A stretch of DNA of 64,000 nt, taken from positions 412,762 through 476,761 of the forward strand of contig NMRA01000171.1 in NCBI GenBank assembly GCA_002633005.1, in the 5' to 3' direction. This stretch comes from Phoronis australis (Eukaryota; Animalia; Phoronida). Under the pieces are notes generated by a model. It worked only from the letters and a program-made list of their open reading frames with translations. It had not been told where the DNA came from and did no database searches. The position numbers and the translations under genes are program-made. This document shows, one piece after another, positions 62,101 through 64,000 of the stretch (the stretch's first letter is position 1; each line of letters begins with the position of its first letter).

Positions 62101-63975
62101 GCATCAAGTTGTCTGTTCAAATGTTGGTGTTGTTTACATGGAAAATCTTTGAAGGCAGGTGCACTAGGCCTTTATAAATAAAACAGAAATATTGTGCGGG
62201 TCAACGAGAATCGCAACGTCCTACAGTTGGACTAAATTCCAAGGACTGTCTCAAGGTTTTTAACCCATTGAATTTTCTGGAAAAGGGGTTTAACAGTATA
62301 TTGAATTTTCTGGAAAGTGTGGTTGCTACCAGGAGAATGTTACGAGAATGACCAGTCACATAACTCGATGATATAAAGGTGTAATATAGTCCGGTCGCTA
62401 TCGACATCGCACTATGCCCCTCACCCCTCTAGTCGACACAAGTTTAGAAGCGCTCCCTGCCGTCATTTGTACCGCCCCCGGTTCGGCTCATTTCACGTCG
62501 TCGTCGGCAATTTTGTACCACCGTTTCCTTGTCTCTACCGCCGTTGTCACGGCCTCCTCGGGTGCNGTGTAGATAGCTTGTTTCCGATTAAGATGTGAAA
62601 ATATCTGTGAGAGAAGAAACCTGAGGATTCAGGGAAACGTTCATTTACCGGTAGACTGTGCTTGTCAGGTACAGTGAGCTTGAACTTAGATTGAAAAAAT
62701 TGGTCTATACCTGTAAAGGTTGTTCCTCATACTGTATTTCAATGTTTTTAAACACGATTCACTAAGAAATTGAAATACCCACCAAGAGGAGTTTCGTATA
62801 GAATGCAGAACGCATGTGAAGGGACGCAGGACAGCACACAGCAACTCATAACCCGGCTGGAGATGCGTAGAACCGAAATACGTTGCAATGTCACACAACC
62901 CAATGGGTGCCTAATTTCGTTATTCGCCGTAAGAATGGTTTCCAGTAACGAAGATCCCTAGATGTCATTTCTCCAAAAATATAACTAGGAGTCTCATGCT
63001 ATAAGTTGCTGAACACGAATTTGGCGAGTAAGACGCCGGCTAACTTTTTGGGTGGGGTGTTTGCTGATCCGAGACTGGGGTTCAGAGGATAGAACCTGGA
63101 ATTAATAGGCCCACAGGCCATGGAATCGTTTCCACCCCAACCTATTTAGTTTCAGAAAAACCTTTTTCGGTTGTCATTTGGTATAACGGCAGCGGGTATG
63201 TCAGAAAATCAAATCGGCGAGCTAAAAATACGATTGCCTACCGGAGTAGCTTCAATTCTCCATCTACCTAACATTACGTCGAGAAAGTCATGAAATGTCC
63301 ATTTGAATCTGAATATTGTAAACAAGCACCACGTGCACTATAGTGCCTTCTGTCATAGGAAACATCTTTAACGCAACTCTGTTGCGATGTGAGAGCACAC
63401 AAGCGTGTTTTGCTTGACTCAATTTCCAATACTGGTGAGCCTTTACAATGTTTGTGACCGGGACGAAACGCAGTTGTGTTTCTTCATTCCTGGATATTTT
63501 GAGACATTGGCTATTTTTGTTTTAAACATTTAATATCCAAACGCACAACAATGCTCTAATTTGACGTCATGACGGTGGCACAGAATTTAAGTAAAACGCT
63601 GAGAAATACATGTAACAAATAAAGCAGAAGTGGGGAACACAGTGATAAACCAACTATCGCCACCTAACGACAAGGTGGACGGGATGTTGCCGCTGTATTG
63701 GAAAACGGTTATTAAAAATTTTAAAGCTAAGATCATGCTATTAACGATTTACATAGGTAGTCGCTTTGACTTGCATCTTCGCACGGAACGCAAATGATAA
63801 AGGCCGGGAAGATGTGAATGTAGATATATTATTAGTTCAGTTACGTAACTTGTCAGGGTAGGTCTAATGTTGCGTAACAGTAATCACGAGTATCGCTGAT
63901 GAGTCGTTCGCATTATGTATTGCGTAATGTTGCAGAACCTTGTAATGAGAGCGTAAACGAAGACAGGGTAGACTT

Positions 63976-64000
63976 CAGTGGCGGATCTACGGGGGGGGGG
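63976..64000. mobile_element. Left terminus of another CAGTGGCGGATC-type MITE (truncated by the window edge)
   Basis: CAGTGGCGGATCTACGGGGGGGGGG resembles the terminus at 37875. Confidence 0.45.

Noticed and set aside
56999-62961. Short ORFs downstream of TRIM71
   Set aside because: All are 60-90 aa, mostly with non-ATG starts and no family resemblance or exon chain.

Overview
AT-rich animal (invertebrate-type, bilaterian) genomic DNA with assembly gaps; the species cannot be determined from the sequence. Two divergently oriented protein-coding genes are supported. (1) A TMEM132-family gene lies on the minus strand. Coding exons 1-8 were reconstructed by hand with GT-AG boundaries and consistent phases (39338 down to 2230, 657 codons); the last, transmembrane-encoding exon lies beyond the left edge. 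(2) A complete lin-41/TRIM71 orthologue (RING, two B-boxes, coiled coil, filamin, six NHL repeats) lies on the plus strand, with an uninterrupted CDS at 51623-53896. The most striking signal is that perfect let-7 (CTACCTCA) and miR-125/lin-4 (CTCAGGGA) 8-mer sites occur as a pair on both sides of the lin-41 CDS, in a uORF-rich putative 5' leader as well as the 3' UTR, with more miR-125 sites inside the CDS. The non-coding DNA holds several non-autonomous DNA transposons, including a Helentron-like (HINE) element with an array of co-oriented CTCF-like motifs, plus minisatellites and two probable assembly-artefact duplications. Most short ORFs in the supplied track appear spurious.
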